A stretch of DNA of 64,000 nt from a bacterium (GCA_963638555.1 CAVHQU010000001.1:169309-233308); one strand, 5' to 3'; shown: positions 36,957 through 48,294, counted from the first letter of the stretch. Numbers and translations are program-made. The notes: generated from the letters alone by a model not told the origin.

Positions 36957-37712
36957 CTATTTAATGAATGACGAAATCAAGGAAACCACTTCTTTTCTTT
37001 GCTCTGTAACTGTTATTGTTGGAGTTCCGTCACCACTTTGAATGCCATAATCTCCAAAATACGAATGTATTCCGCCTTCAATCGTATGTTCTTCTAATTG
37101 AGGAAGATATTGCTTGTTTGATTCATATTTGCCTTTATTGATAACCTTATCGTTACTTGCCAATAAAGATAATGTTTTTAAGTTACTAGAAGTTAGATCA
37201 ACGGTTGAATATGCAGCCAAAAGAACGACCCCGTTATACTCTTTTGAGTGATTTCCTAGATATGAACACGCCATTGCTCCGCCCAAAGAATGGCCGCCAA
37301 TATACCAATTAGTGACATTCGGCATTAAAGATTGTTTGTTATCTGCACCATTCATATTAAAAACAGCTAAATTGAATGGCATCTTAACCAAGACCGATGA
37401 AATGCCTTGATCAGATAGATCTCTCAATAAGGGGGCATATGCCTTATATTCAACTTTACCGCCTGGATAGAAAATAAATCCGTTTGTGGATTTTCCATCT
37501 TTTGGTTGGAAGGTAACGTAATCGTTTTTATCTTCTACTTTAGATAATGCTGAATCATTCAAATACGTTAACGCATCATTTGTGGCATGCTGATAAATGC
37601 CAACATAAATAAAGAATGCAGCCGCTACCGCTACAAGCACTCCACCAATTGAGGATGAGATAATAATTATTCTTTTAGTTCTTTTTTTCATAACACGAAT
37701 ATTATCGTTCAA
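36957..37712 (-). CDS. Membrane-anchored alpha/beta hydrolase (esterase/lipase-like)
   Basis: N-terminal TM; nucleophile elbow 'GGHSLGG'. Confidence 0.75.
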   Translation of the reverse strand: MNDNIRVMKKRTKRIIIISSSIGGVLVAVAAAFFIYVGIYQHATNDALTYLNDSALSKVEDKNDYVTFQPKDGKSTNGFIFYPGGKVEYKAYAPLLRDLSDQGISSVLVKMPFNLAVFNMNGADNKQSLMPNVTNWYIGGHSLGGAMACSYLGNHSKEYNGVVLLAAYSTVDLTSSNLKTLSLLASNDKVINKGKYESNKQYLPQLEEHTIEGGIHSYFGDYGIQSGDGTPTITVTEQRKEVVSLISSFIK

Positions 37713-37717
37713 TATCC

Positions 37718-38221
37718 TTATTTCTTAAATGATATATTCTCTAATTTAAGAAGCTTTTCTTTTCTATCTATTCCTCCAGCATATCCAACTAAAGAACCAT
37801 CTTTGCCTAAAATCCTGTGGCAAGGAATTATTATGGATATAGGGTTATGTGATATGGCATTGCCAGCAGCTTGGGCAGACATTTTTTCTTTATTTAATTT
37901 ATGCGCTACTTCTTTTGCTATTTCACCATATGTTTTAGCGTGTCCATATGGAATAGTTAGAAGAATATCTAGAACTAGTTTTTGAAAAGGAGAGAACCCG
38001 TATGCTAATTTAGGAGTAAATTTTGGTTCCTCTCCAATAAAATAAATATCAAGCCAACGTTTGGTTTCTAAAATTGTCGTAGTGTCTTTACATTCTGTTT
38101 TATCAGTTAACTTAGATCCAAAATATTTCTGATCATTGAACCACAAGCCAATAAGAAAACCATCCTCTTCAGCAAGAGTCATCTTTCCTAAAGGAGATTC
38201 ATATTCAGAAACGTAAATCAT
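37718..38221 (-). CDS. ogt: Methylated-DNA--protein-cysteine methyltransferase
   Basis: Active site 'IIPCHRILG'; HTH 'TYGEIAKEV'. Confidence 0.9.
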   Translation of the reverse strand: MIYVSEYESPLGKMTLAEEDGFLIGLWFNDQKYFGSKLTDKTECKDTTTILETKRWLDIYFIGEEPKFTPKLAYGFSPFQKLVLDILLTIPYGHAKTYGEIAKEVAHKLNKEKMSAQAAGNAISHNPISIIIPCHRILGKDGSLVGYAGGIDRKEKLLKLENISFKK

Positions 38222-38222
38222 A

Positions 38223-39758
38223 TTATTCTAATTCAATTGTGCTCGGTGGTTTTGATGTGAAATCATAGACAACGCGGTTAACCCCTTTGACTTCATTGAC
38301 AATTCTATTAGAAATATGAGTAATGACCTCAAACGGAATGTTTGCAGGCTTAGCAGTCATGAAATCATCTGTTGTTACTGCGCGTAAAACAATCGCATAG
38401 TCGTATGTTCTACCATCACCCATAACACCAACAGAACGCATATTTGATAATGCGGCAAAATATTGATTTATCTTTTTATCTAGACCAGCATTTTTTATTT
38501 CTTCGCGGAATATCGCATCGGCGTCTTGAACAATTTTGATCTTATCTTGCGTGATATCACCTATGATTCTGATGCCCAATCCAGGTCCTGGGAATGGTTG
38601 ACGATAGACTAATTCGGCTGGTATCCCTAACAATAAACCAAGTTCTCTAACTTCATCTTTAAATAAATCTTTTAAAGGTTCAACGATTCCTTCAAAGCCA
38701 ATGTCTTTTGGAAGGCCACCAACATTGTGGTGAGATTTAATCGTTTGAGATATGCCTAAACCAGATTCAATACGGTCTGGATAAATAGTTCCTTGCGCTA
38801 AATATTCACATGCAGGTATCTTCTCCTTTGTTTCTTTAAAAACATCAATGAAAGATTTACCGATGATTTTTCTCTTTTGCTCAGGATCAGTGACTCCTGC
38901 AAGACGTTCTAAGAATAACTTAGAGACATCGACAGGGATGAAATTGAATGAGAATTTAGATTTATCGGAGAAGAGAGATATAACGGACTTTGCTTCATCT
39001 TTTCTTAATAAGCCATGATCGACGAATACGCATGTAAGTTGATCGCCAATAGCTTTGCCAATTAAAGCAGCAACAACGGATGAGTCAACTCCACCAGAAA
39101 GAGCACAGATGACCTTTTTATCACCAACTTGTTCTTTGATTTCTTTAATTTTGTCATCAATGAATGAAGATGGTTTCCATGTTGGTGAACATCCACAAAT
39201 ATCCCAAACAAAATTTTCTATCATCTTTTGTCCATACTCTGAATGTTCTACTTCAGGGTGGAATTGCGTTGCATAAAGTTTTCTTTCTTCGTTTGCGTAT
39301 ATTGCATTCTTGCAAGCTTTAGAACTTGCCAAGCATCTAAAACCTTCTGGAAGAACTGTAACTTCATCATTATGGGACATGAAAACGTTATTGATTTCAG
39401 GAACGCCTTTCGTCAAAAGAGAGGATGCGTGTACTGATATTTGAATATTTCCATATTCGGTATTACCTCTATTTTCGACTTTTCCGCCTAAGGTATAAGC
39501 CATAAGCTGGCAACCATAGCAAATGCCAAGAATTGGTTTTCCTAAAGAAAAAATCTTCTCATCGATATGAGGAGACTTAGGATCATAAACGGAATTAGGG
39601 CCGCCAGTAAAGATGATGCCCTTAACATCAGGAGATGCTAAAACATCTAATGATGTCGTGAAAGGAAGAACTTCCGAGTAGACGTTGGTTTGTCTGACTC
39701 GGCGGGCAATCAATTGGTTATATTGACCACCGAAATCTAAAACTATTATTTTTTCCAT
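38223..39758 (-). CDS. guaA: GMP synthase (glutamine-hydrolysing)
   Basis: 511 aa; GATase ([10 protein letters not shown]), ATP-PPase 'SGGVDSSV' P-loop, C-terminal dimerisation domain. Confidence 0.95.
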   Translation of the reverse strand: MEKIIVLDFGGQYNQLIARRVRQTNVYSEVLPFTTSLDVLASPDVKGIIFTGGPNSVYDPKSPHIDEKIFSLGKPILGICYGCQLMAYTLGGKVENRGNTEYGNIQISVHASSLLTKGVPEINNVFMSHNDEVTVLPEGFRCLASSKACKNAIYANEERKLYATQFHPEVEHSEYGQKMIENFVWDICGCSPTWKPSSFIDDKIKEIKEQVGDKKVICALSGGVDSSVVAALIGKAIGDQLTCVFVDHGLLRKDEAKSVISLFSDKSKFSFNFIPVDVSKLFLERLAGVTDPEQKRKIIGKSFIDVFKETKEKIPACEYLAQGTIYPDRIESGLGISQTIKSHHNVGGLPKDIGFEGIVEPLKDLFKDEVRELGLLLGIPAELVYRQPFPGPGLGIRIIGDITQDKIKIVQDADAIFREEIKNAGLDKKINQYFAALSNMRSVGVMGDGRTYDYAIVLRAVTTDDFMTAKPANIPFEVITHISNRIVNEVKGVNRVVYDFTSKPPSTIELE

Positions 39759-39850
39759 ACGCTCTATTTAACCACTTAAGAAAAAATCAAAGCAACATAA
39801 AAGTGCTTAACAATGTATAAATATTTTTACGCCTCTTCAATCAAATCTCA

Positions 39851-40534
39851 TTAAAAATGAGCAAGCGTTTCTATTAAATCATCTATAACTAAATCAACCT
39901 TTATATTGTCAGTATCAATGCTCTTCTTGTTATAAAAACATGTCTTCATTCCAAAATCTCTTCCGCCAGCCATATCTGAAGTTAAGGAATCACCAATAAT
40001 GCATGTTTCTTCAGGCAATATTTGTTGTTCTTCATTCAATTCTTTAAACGCGCCGGAAAAGAATTCTTTAGATGGTTTGGAATGGCCAAGTTTTTCTGAA
40101 ATGAAGAAATATTTGAAACATTTATCCATATTGGCAATTTTTAAACGATGTAACTGTTGTTCATAAGGGCCATTTGATGCAACACACAAGATATATTTCT
40201 TTGAAAGGTATTCAAGCATCTCATAAGCATGAGGAACCACTATTGCACTTTCAAAAAGATTATCTTTGTAATATCTATCAAATTTAACACTGTCAAACTC
40301 TATGCCTAATTTATCGAAAAATCTTTGAAAACGAACTTTTTGGAGTTCAGGCATGCTAATTTCACCTTTTTCTATTTGTCTCCAAAGTTGATTGTTAACT
40401 TCATGAAAAATATCAAGCATGCTCAAATCAAATTTTCCTAAAGAAAAATCGGAAAAACCTTTTTCAAGAATATATTTTGTATATTCATCAAAATCTAAGA
40501 GAGTGTTATCTACATCAATGAATATCGCTTTCAT
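39851..40534 (-). CDS. HAD-superfamily hydrolase (subfamily IA, YjjG/5'-nucleotidase-like)
   Basis: Motif I 'FIDVDNTLLDF'; motif IV 'IGDSLTSD'. Confidence 0.8.
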   Translation of the reverse strand: MKAIFIDVDNTLLDFDEYTKYILEKGFSDFSLGKFDLSMLDIFHEVNNQLWRQIEKGEISMPELQKVRFQRFFDKLGIEFDSVKFDRYYKDNLFESAIVVPHAYEMLEYLSKKYILCVASNGPYEQQLHRLKIANMDKCFKYFFISEKLGHSKPSKEFFSGAFKELNEEQQILPEETCIIGDSLTSDMAGGRDFGMKTCFYNKKSIDTDNIKVDLVIDDLIETLAHF

Positions 40535-40837
40535 GATTCATATTATATATAAAAAGATTATGAAATGCTCATAACTGTTTCTTTACAAATATTTTTACAT
40601 TTGGAAAAGAAATAAAGGTTCCTTCGATTTAAAGAAAAACAAGTTAACTTTTTTATATTTTTCGCAGTGCAATATCGCATTATAAATAAAATCGATAATT
40701 TGTCACTAACTTTTTTTCAATTTTACTAGTTAATATCTAATGATTTTTATCTGTAAGCGCTTTCAGTAAAATTATGAAAAATAATTATTTAAATTTTCAC
40801 GCACGTGTATAAAATCACGTCATCGAGGTAAAAAACT

Positions 40838-43072
40838 ATGAAAAAATCCAAATTATTAGCAGTCACTCTTCTAGGAGCAGTCTTGGCCTTAGCAGGTTGT
40901 GGCGAAACTCACACTTCTTCATCCGAAGGAGCATCTTCATCCACTGAATCTAGCGTTTCCGGAAGTTCATCATCTTCATCGTCAAGTTCAGAAGTTTCAT
41001 CTTCATCATCCGAAGAAGCATCAAGCAGTTCATCAAGTTCTGATTCAACACCAGCAGGTTTATCAAAGGCTGATGTTTCTGACATCATTGCAAAAGCAAT
41101 CACAGCTCAAGGAACAAAAGTCTGCAGTGGTGTAATGTCGGATGATTATGGTTCAACCACATCATATGAATATGGTACAGATAAGTACGGTAACTTCACA
41201 AAGATTACAAATTCCTATAGCACATACTATTATGGTTATAATGCTGCAGGTGACATCTACGGTCTCCAAGTCTCATCGTATAATGGATCTTTATCAACCC
41301 CATGGAGCGTTGATGCAAAATCAATCTACGGCCCTAGCGCATATTTTTCTTCTGTAAACACTGGTTCATACCTTTATGGTGTTCAAGGCATTCTTGAGCA
41401 TATCTCTGGCGTTATTGAAGCCGATGCCAATGGTGATTTTGAAGTCGATGGCGATAGCACAGCATTCTCATTTAGCGTTGGTGTCGTCGGAACATTATGG
41501 GGCAGCACGGCCTTACATGTATGGTCACTTGATTTCACGATGGAAGATGACATAGTTAGTGTCCTTACAGTCAAATGCACATCATATACAGGTGACAATA
41601 TCGAAGCCGATTATGAAACAAACAAATATTCAGTTGTTGAAGGAGCCGATGCTGAACAAACAACCAGATTTGTATTCGCTCAATCAATTGGCGACAAAAC
41701 TGCAACAAACCCATATGATATCGAAGGTTTATATTTCACTTCCGTCAACTACAAAGATTCCGATGGAAACGATCTTGGCGCAGAATATTCAGTAGGTGCA
41801 TCCAGCAACATTGCCTTTACTGTTGATTCGTATGAACCATCTACAGCAAGCTTTAGCATCGATGGAATCACGTTGACCCACGATAATACCGACAATCCAT
41901 ATGGCATCTCTGGTGGTTACTACAATGGCAAATATACCATCTACGCTTATAACGAAGGCGACTACAACGTTACACTATCAACAGCCCACACTTCTAAGAC
42001 ATTCCTTCTCCACGTCACAAAACCAACAGCAAGCGAAATCAGCTATGTCCAAGGTTATACAAAAGAAGGCGATACATATTCTTATGTCGATGTTAATGAA
42101 GAAGCCAAAGCAACCGTCTATGCTGGACAATCTATCTCTTTAAGCGCAACAATTTCTCCAACAAAAGCTGATCAATCCTACACAGCAGAGATTGTAGGTG
42201 ATAATGCTGATGATGCAACATTGGTTTCCGAAACAATCAAACCAGATACATGGTCTGATGATACAAGTGTTTATACATTCACATCCAACGTCCCAGGCAC
42301 ATACGAAGTTAAGATTACTTCCGCAACAGTTACAACTGTCAGCAAGACAATCACAATCACTGTCGTTGCTGCTCCAGAACTCTCTGGCTTACTTGCAAAG
42401 AGATATACATACACAGTCGCTGAACCTGGCACTGGCGTTAAGATCTACGACGATATCACATTCACCCCAAGTGCATCTGATGCAACAACAGGTACCGTTT
42501 CTATCTACACATATGACTATGAAAATTCAACTGGCTCTACCGTTGAATGCTCCTACACATATGATGCAGTAACAAGATCATTCTCATTAACGAAAGATGG
42601 CGCAGCGTATACGACTGTAAGCTTAGCATTCTCCACATCCTATAACTTAGTAATTACAACTGGAAGCGGTGATGATGCAGTTTCAACAATCGTTAAAGAA
42701 TTCGATGTCGCAACAATCTTAAAGAACACAGCCTGGTATGCTACAGCCAGCAATGATGCAGATGTTTCCTTTAGTTTCATGTACGATGGAACAGTTTCAT
42801 TCGAAACATGCATTTCCGGATATGATGAATGGGGCGATTGGGATTACACGCTTGATGCATATAAATACTATATGGATTACTCCATCAGTGAAACAGATGA
42901 AGGTTATGTTATCGTTCTCAGCCAAGATGACTTAGACGAAATTGCCGAAATGGATTCTGGTTTCGATGGAATCACTAAGATTGTTATGGCAAAGGATTTC
43001 TCCAAACTAAGCGTCACTCTCTCTTATGATGGAACGGCCGAAACTGTAGACTGCTCTTATACCAGAGGTTAA
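40838..43072 (+). CDS. Large Ser-rich surface lipoprotein
   Basis: Lipobox 'LALAGCGE'; >70-residue poly-Ser tract; 744 aa. Confidence 0.8.
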   Translation: MKKSKLLAVTLLGAVLALAGCGETHTSSSEGASSSTESSVSGSSSSSSSSSEVSSSSSEEASSSSSSSDSTPAGLSKADVSDIIAKAITAQGTKVCSGVMSDDYGSTTSYEYGTDKYGNFTKITNSYSTYYYGYNAAGDIYGLQVSSYNGSLSTPWSVDAKSIYGPSAYFSSVNTGSYLYGVQGILEHISGVIEADANGDFEVDGDSTAFSFSVGVVGTLWGSTALHVWSLDFTMEDDIVSVLTVKCTSYTGDNIEADYETNKYSVVEGADAEQTTRFVFAQSIGDKTATNPYDIEGLYFTSVNYKDSDGNDLGAEYSVGASSNIAFTVDSYEPSTASFSIDGITLTHDNTDNPYGISGGYYNGKYTIYAYNEGDYNVTLSTAHTSKTFLLHVTKPTASEISYVQGYTKEGDTYSYVDVNEEAKATVYAGQSISLSATISPTKADQSYTAEIVGDNADDATLVSETIKPDTWSDDTSVYTFTSNVPGTYEVKITSATVTTVSKTITITVVAAPELSGLLAKRYTYTVAEPGTGVKIYDDITFTPSASDATTGTVSIYTYDYENSTGSTVECSYTYDAVTRSFSLTKDGAAYTTVSLAFSTSYNLVITTGSGDDAVSTIVKEFDVATILKNTAWYATASNDADVSFSFMYDGTVSFETCISGYDEWGDWDYTLDAYKYYMDYSISETDEGYVIVLSQDDLDEIAEMDSGFDGITKIVMAKDFSKLSVTLSYDGTAETVDCSYTRG

Positions 43073-43102
43073 TATATCTCTTCGGAAAGAAGACTATATT
43101 AA

Positions 43103-45709
43103 ATGAAAAAACAAATATTAATTACCAGTGCGGCTATGCTTATGGCATTAGCTGCCACTGGTTGTAACGGAAACAATCAAAGTTCAGAAAGCGACGTTGC
43201 TTCGTCAGATGATTCTACGAGCAGCGTTGCTTCCTCCTCATCCGCTTCACCAATCATCGTTGATGATTTCTCTGAAGCATTAAGCAATACACGTTACTAC
43301 GCAATCACGAGCTCATCCGGCGAGAAAACATATTACACAGAAGTTTTTACTGATAACTTCTACTATAGTGGCACTAGCTCATCCGGATACATGATTCCCG
43401 AAGAAGATAGTGGATACATCCACCCAGTATCGGGCAATTACAGTGATGGCGAAGATGGTTCATATTCTTTAGCAATTAACGTTTATGGGCGTGTAGCTGA
43501 AGCCAAGCAATATTCAGTTATCAGAAGTTCTACATTCTTAGGTTTGGTCAATAATTACGTAAAAACTTTCGAAAAGGTAAGTGATACAAAATTCAAATCT
43601 ACTGATGAAACTCTTATTTCTGAAGTTGCATATTTCTTTGAATCCAAATTGCTTCGCTACGCCAATAACATCGTTTTTGATGTTGATGACTTAGGCAGAA
43701 TTTCTCATCTCTACATTAACGAAGACGATGAATCACTCATGGATTCAGCAATCTCTGAGGTCGAACGTACAGATGTCTACCTATATAACGACTGGGTAAA
43801 GAATGGCTCAATTATTGAAGATCGTATCCAAGACTACAAGAACTTAGATAGCGCTCTTCTTAACCCAAAGTCTCTTTACAATAACCAAATCGTCAAATTC
43901 AACGCAATAGTCACTGGTGTCGATGACAATGGTGATGTCTATGTTGCCCAAACAGATTCAACAGGCGTTAACATTGGCATGCGTATCGAAGGAGTCTCTA
44001 ACAAAAACTTCGAAGTCTATGACAATGTCGTAGTTGAAACCACAATTGCAACAAATAACAATGTTGTTTACGGTACGAATGGTGTTATTACATACGTCTC
44101 TGAAGGCAATTATATTCCTCAATTTTCTGAAGAGGGGATTGTTGATTACTATGGTGGAGGATACTATGCCTACTACTATTTCTCTTCTTCTACATACTAC
44201 GCTGATTCGATCTATACGACATATGCATATGTTGCTACATTGCCAGAATTGGTTTCCGGTAAGGATTTAGTCGTATCACTTGTCTTCCCTAATGTTTACA
44301 GCGCTACCGAGACTTATTATGCAAGTTTTGTCCTTCCTTCATATTTAAACGATGAAACAAGAACATTGGCATATAACACTCTTAAAGCAGCTGGTATCTA
44401 TGGCGAAGATGATGCATATGAATTATGTTTTGACTCAATCATCATGAGAAGAAACGCTTCAGTTAAAGGTTTCTCCCTTCAACTCCTCCCAAGTTCTTTA
44501 ATTTATAAGAAGCTTACGGCCGTTCAAAAGATTGAACAAATATGTGGCTTAGCAAACTTCCCGTTGCCAACAAGCGTCACTCCTTTATCATATAAATTTG
44601 GTAAAGGCACTGACTACAATCTTGAATCACAATATGGAATCACAACCAGCGATAACGTTAACGGTTTGTTCGTTGGCGAAACTGATATTTCAGAAGATGA
44701 CTACAATACATTTATCTCTAGCCTAGAGACAATAGGTGTCACCAAATATGATGAAATAGAGGATACGTATAGCTATCGTCACCTCATTTACACATATAAT
44801 GGCTACATCATTGATACGATGTTTGTTGCAGCCACTTGGATTGGGGCTTCAAACCAATTAAGTATCTGGATTTATAAATCCGATACCGCAAATATAGTTA
44901 GATGCCCAACCGTTCAAGAACGCATAAAGGAAAAAGCCCCATGGTTTGATTCTTCATCTTTCTTGAGATATGCAGATAGCTATGACGCAGATTATCACGT
45001 CTTTGAAATTAGTAATTACGCTAACGTTCAATATGACGAACCACTAATCGCCGTAACATTAGATCTCAACACAAATGTTGGCGAAGATTACAAAAAGACT
45101 CTTGTTCAGACGATGGGTTATAAGCAATACAAAGTTGATGGTAAATCCTATACCTATAAATCAAGAGGACAAGTCCATTACGTCTTTCAAAAAGATGAAG
45201 GCCAATTCGTTGATGTTGCTACATATCCAACAACCGATTATACATACACGGGTCACGCCAAATGGAATTACCGTGTTGAAATACTAATCTATCGTGGAGA
45301 TGCTCCAATCACTGTTCCAACCTATTCTGATTTGACTCCTCTATCAGATTTGTATGCGGCTAAGGATTCTTCTCTTGCATATGCCTCAGCATTACCAAGC
45401 GACGCTAAAGTCGAAGTATGGAAAGATATGTGGGAAGATGATCCATATTATGATCTTCTCAAATATGGCTATTGTCACCGTGATGAAGCGTTCGTATACA
45501 CATCAAATATTGATGAAGCATACGAATCAATCAAGACAGGCTTAGCAAACGCTGGATATAAAGAGTCCGAAACATATGAAGAATATGAAAACTGCACTCT
45601 TTATAGCAGGGTCTTCAAAGGTGAATATTATTACGTATTCGTCATGAAAACCACAAAAGGCTATGTACGCGTCATAAACGACTTAGGCGGCATGGATTTC
45701 TATAGTTAA
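43103..45709 (+). CDS. Large surface lipoprotein
   Basis: Lipobox 'LAATGCNG'; Ser-rich linker; 868 aa. Confidence 0.8.
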   Translation: MKKQILITSAAMLMALAATGCNGNNQSSESDVASSDDSTSSVASSSSASPIIVDDFSEALSNTRYYAITSSSGEKTYYTEVFTDNFYYSGTSSSGYMIPEEDSGYIHPVSGNYSDGEDGSYSLAINVYGRVAEAKQYSVIRSSTFLGLVNNYVKTFEKVSDTKFKSTDETLISEVAYFFESKLLRYANNIVFDVDDLGRISHLYINEDDESLMDSAISEVERTDVYLYNDWVKNGSIIEDRIQDYKNLDSALLNPKSLYNNQIVKFNAIVTGVDDNGDVYVAQTDSTGVNIGMRIEGVSNKNFEVYDNVVVETTIATNNNVVYGTNGVITYVSEGNYIPQFSEEGIVDYYGGGYYAYYYFSSSTYYADSIYTTYAYVATLPELVSGKDLVVSLVFPNVYSATETYYASFVLPSYLNDETRTLAYNTLKAAGIYGEDDAYELCFDSIIMRRNASVKGFSLQLLPSSLIYKKLTAVQKIEQICGLANFPLPTSVTPLSYKFGKGTDYNLESQYGITTSDNVNGLFVGETDISEDDYNTFISSLETIGVTKYDEIEDTYSYRHLIYTYNGYIIDTMFVAATWIGASNQLSIWIYKSDTANIVRCPTVQERIKEKAPWFDSSSFLRYADSYDADYHVFEISNYANVQYDEPLIAVTLDLNTNVGEDYKKTLVQTMGYKQYKVDGKSYTYKSRGQVHYVFQKDEGQFVDVATYPTTDYTYTGHAKWNYRVEILIYRGDAPITVPTYSDLTPLSDLYAAKDSSLAYASALPSDAKVEVWKDMWEDDPYYDLLKYGYCHRDEAFVYTSNIDEAYESIKTGLANAGYKESETYEEYENCTLYSRVFKGEYYYVFVMKTTKGYVRVINDLGGMDFYS

Positions 45710-45712
45710 TAA

Positions 45713-45742
45713 TTCCCGATCTCTCAAGAGATCGGTTTTTTC
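45713..45742 (+). terminator. Rho-independent terminator (ccgatctct-caag-agagatcgg-TTTTTT)
   Basis: 9-bp perfect stem + T6 right after stop. Confidence 0.75.
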
Positions 45743-45849
45743 TATTTGATGGTATTTAGTCAAAAATGTACTTAAATTTTATTTAAAGGAAATAATTGAC
45801 TTAAGGATTATGCTCAAATAGAATTAAGCGTGTTTGGAGGGGAACGATT

Positions 45850-45966
45850 ATGAATATATTAGCCGGATTATCAATAATGGCTACTTGCATCACTTTTAAT
45901 GCATTCAAAATTGGCGAATCTACAATAGAAAATCCATTAGGAACACTACTGGGAGTAAAGCAATGA
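45850..45966 (+). CDS. Small hydrophobic peptide (38 aa), hypothetical
   Basis: TTGACT-17-TAGAAT promoter at 45796-45824, RBS ggagggg, ATG; product MNILAGLSIMATCITFNAFKIGESTIENPLGTLLGVKQ; an 18-aa hydrophobic ORF (45963..46019) overlaps its stop by ATGA. Confidence 0.35.
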   Translation: MNILAGLSIMATCITFNAFKIGESTIENPLGTLLGVKQ

Positions 45967-46080
45967 TGTTGGCATCTACGTTATCGATGGTCAGTATTGC
46001 ACTAATAGTTGGAGTTTGATACCAAATGAATAAAAATATGTTTTTCCCTGTCCTCCGCCTTACTTTTTTCGTGTAGTAAG

Positions 46081-46734
46081 GTGGATTTGGATAATTATCA
46101 CTCAGACACACTAATCAATATTTTCAAAACACAAAAATCTTGGTCTAATCAAAATAGTTTTCGTTACAAAGAGAAAGATGGTTTTATTTGCTCTGCATTT
46201 TTTTCTATCTACGACAATTGCATCTATGGCCTATTTGGTGGCACATATTGCAAATACGATTTTGAAGAAGAAATCGCAACTTTTATAGAAGATAACGCCA
46301 AAAGAAACGTAGTTTATCCTAAAATCTCAAACATTGATGAATTTTTTTCAACAATATGTGATGAATATAGCTATGAAAAAATCATTTCAGCAAATGACTT
46401 ATTGCCAGGCGTTGAGGATATTTTGCTAACTTGCGACAGCTGGCAATTAATCCTTGATTCAGAATCTCCACGAATCGTCAAAATCTTTTCATTTGAATCG
46501 TTTCTAAAAAGCGAAAAAATAATTTCAGCAATTAAGACCGTTTATAAAACAGAAGAATCCTTTAACGCATGGTTAGAGTCAAGTAAATATACATTTGATG
46601 ATGAAGAAATAGCAGTTGGTATTAGTTTAAATAAAGAAAGAGATCAAATCATTCCTCAAATCAATGTGGGGTCTTTAAGCACTTCATTTGAAAGATATGG
46701 AGATTTTAGTAGTTACCCTAACTATTTTAACTGA
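46081..46734 (+). CDS. Hypothetical cytoplasmic protein (GTG start), possible orphan immunity-type protein
   Basis: 217-aa ORF with GTG start; no family recognised; sits in a gene-poor AT-rich islet. Confidence 0.35.
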   Translation: MDLDNYHSDTLINIFKTQKSWSNQNSFRYKEKDGFICSAFFSIYDNCIYGLFGGTYCKYDFEEEIATFIEDNAKRNVVYPKISNIDEFFSTICDEYSYEKIISANDLLPGVEDILLTCDSWQLILDSESPRIVKIFSFESFLKSEKIISAIKTVYKTEESFNAWLESSKYTFDDEEIAVGISLNKERDQIIPQINVGSLSTSFERYGDFSSYPNYFN

Positions 46735-46909
46735 ATAACAAATTTCTCTTATTACATCGTTTATAAATATCCATTTTTGCAAGCTTAATAAAATCTTCAT
46801 CATTTAAATCAAAAATGTGAGATAGTTTTCTTCTATCTCACATGCTTATGGTTTGAATCTATGTAAACTATATATTCTTATTACTATATTGGCATTACCT
46901 TATCTTACC

Positions 46910-47053
46910 TCCTAGTAACTAATCTCTCTGAAGATCCCATAAATCTTCGAATGAGTCTTTCGTTCCCATCATTGTATTTAAATTTTCGATTAATAAGTCG
47001 GTTGATGGTAACTCAACTTCTAACCCAGTTCTACTATTTTGAATTTCTATCAT
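46910..47053 (-). CDS. Small protein (47 aa) preceded by 10-codon leader ORF (47057..47089)
   Basis: Minus-strand TTGACA-17-CATAAT promoter (47153..47181); leader ORF MKLRKGILKR has RBS aaaggagg; 47-aa ORF MIEIQNSRTGLEVELPSTDLLIENLNTMMGTKDSFEDLWDLQRD. Confidence 0.3.
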
Positions 47054-47313
47054 ATATTATCTTTTAAGAATTCCCTTCCTTAGTTTCATAAGAGCTACCT
47101 CCTTTAATTCAAGAGTAACATTTTCTTTGTTTTTGTTTCTCTTGATGGCAACATTATGACCTATTATGTAATGATTGTCAATACCTAAAGTAACATTTTT
47201 TTATTTTCGTAACTTTATTATATACTGTATAGAAAAATCTAGTATGTAATTGCCCTTTTGATAAAGGAGCGTATTCTAACAGTAGAAACGAAACAGCATA
47301 GAGAGGAACAACT

Positions 47314-47671
47314 ATGGGCTTTAAAACAGGCGGTGGCAATCATTTACAAGCATACGACATAAAAACCGGTCAATATACCGACGAGGAATTACATGAAATG
47401 AAGAAAAAGGATATGGAGAATCTAGTCTTTGTGCAATATATTTGGTTATGACATTTCAAAATATCCGTTCCATTATCCAAAAATGAAAATACATGATAGA
47501 GATTATTGTCAAACATTCATAGAATATTTCCGAAAACAGATAACTTCATTTCATATTGATAATCGTAAGATGCTATATCTCCTTACCTGGCACGAAAAGG
47601 ACGATAAAAGCAAATACCTTGAGAAAATAGGTTATTCAAAAGAAAGGCCTGATGAATTAAGTAAAGATTAA
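47314..47671 (+). pseudogene. Frameshifted gene (two overlapping frames: 47314..47448 and 47429..47671), unknown function
   Basis: Good RBS (gagagg) + ATG 47314; frame ends ...LVFVQYIWL*; the +1 frame continues CNIFGYDISKYP... over the same bases; consistent with a 1-nt indel. Confidence 0.45.
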
Positions 47672-47840
47672 AATTTGCATTCAAAAGAGAAAGATTAATA
47701 TTTTCTAGATTGGACGAATATGGTTTGAATTGCGTCGAAGAAATCGAACTCAAAGGGCATAAAGTAAAAACATATTGGCAAATTAATTTAGATGATTCTT
47801 CAGCCAAATTTGTTACATTAATACCAGGAGGGTTAAAGAA

Positions 47841-48050
47841 ATGAACGTTAAAATTGGCGATTGCATAAAGACATTAGTAGATAAAACAACTTACATGGAA
47901 GATAGCGATTATTTTATCGTTAAAAAAGGAAGTGAAGGACTTGTATGCGAAGTCTACAACGATGGCGGAGTACTTGTCGAAATCGAAGAAAACGACGAAC
48001 ATCCGTTTGCATTAGTTTCTTACAGAGCAGATGAGTATGAAAAATCTTGA
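47841..48050 (+). CDS. Small DUF4926-like protein (69 aa)
   Basis: RBS aggaggg; pattern 'GD.I.TL.D......G..G.V.EVY.DG...VE........AL.S......E' resembles the DUF4926 small-protein family. Confidence 0.5.
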   Translation: MNVKIGDCIKTLVDKTTYMEDSDYFIVKKGSEGLVCEVYNDGGVLVEIEENDEHPFALVSYRADEYEKS

Positions 48051-48061
48051 AAGCCTTTATT

Positions 48062-48294
48062 ATGTATAAAGTTAAGACTTCCATTAAAATTGGTTATCGC
48101 ATAAAACATTAGTAGATAAAACCACATATTGGGGAGATAGTGGCAATTTTCTATTGCCAAAAGGCAGTGAAGGCCTCGTATGTGAAGTTTATGATGAAAC
48201 GATTCTTGTGGAATTCGCAGAAACAAGTGAACGTTCATTCGCTTTACAAGACTATAAAATCGGCGAATACGAAATAATAAGTAAGGACGATTGA
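48062..48294 (+). pseudogene. Frameshifted tandem paralog of 47841..48050
   Basis: DNA-level similarity to upstream copy with a 1-nt deletion (ataaaacatt vs ataaagacatt) giving TAG after 17 codons; the downstream frame KTLVDKTTYWGDSGNFLLPKGSEGLVCEVYDETILVEFAE... is intact. Confidence 0.55.

Noticed and set aside
40899-42935. Several His/Gln-rich plus-strand ORFs and a minus-strand acidic ORF within 40838..43072
   Set aside because: Alternative frames of the Ser-rich repetitive lipoprotein gene; low-complexity translations with no starts or RBS.
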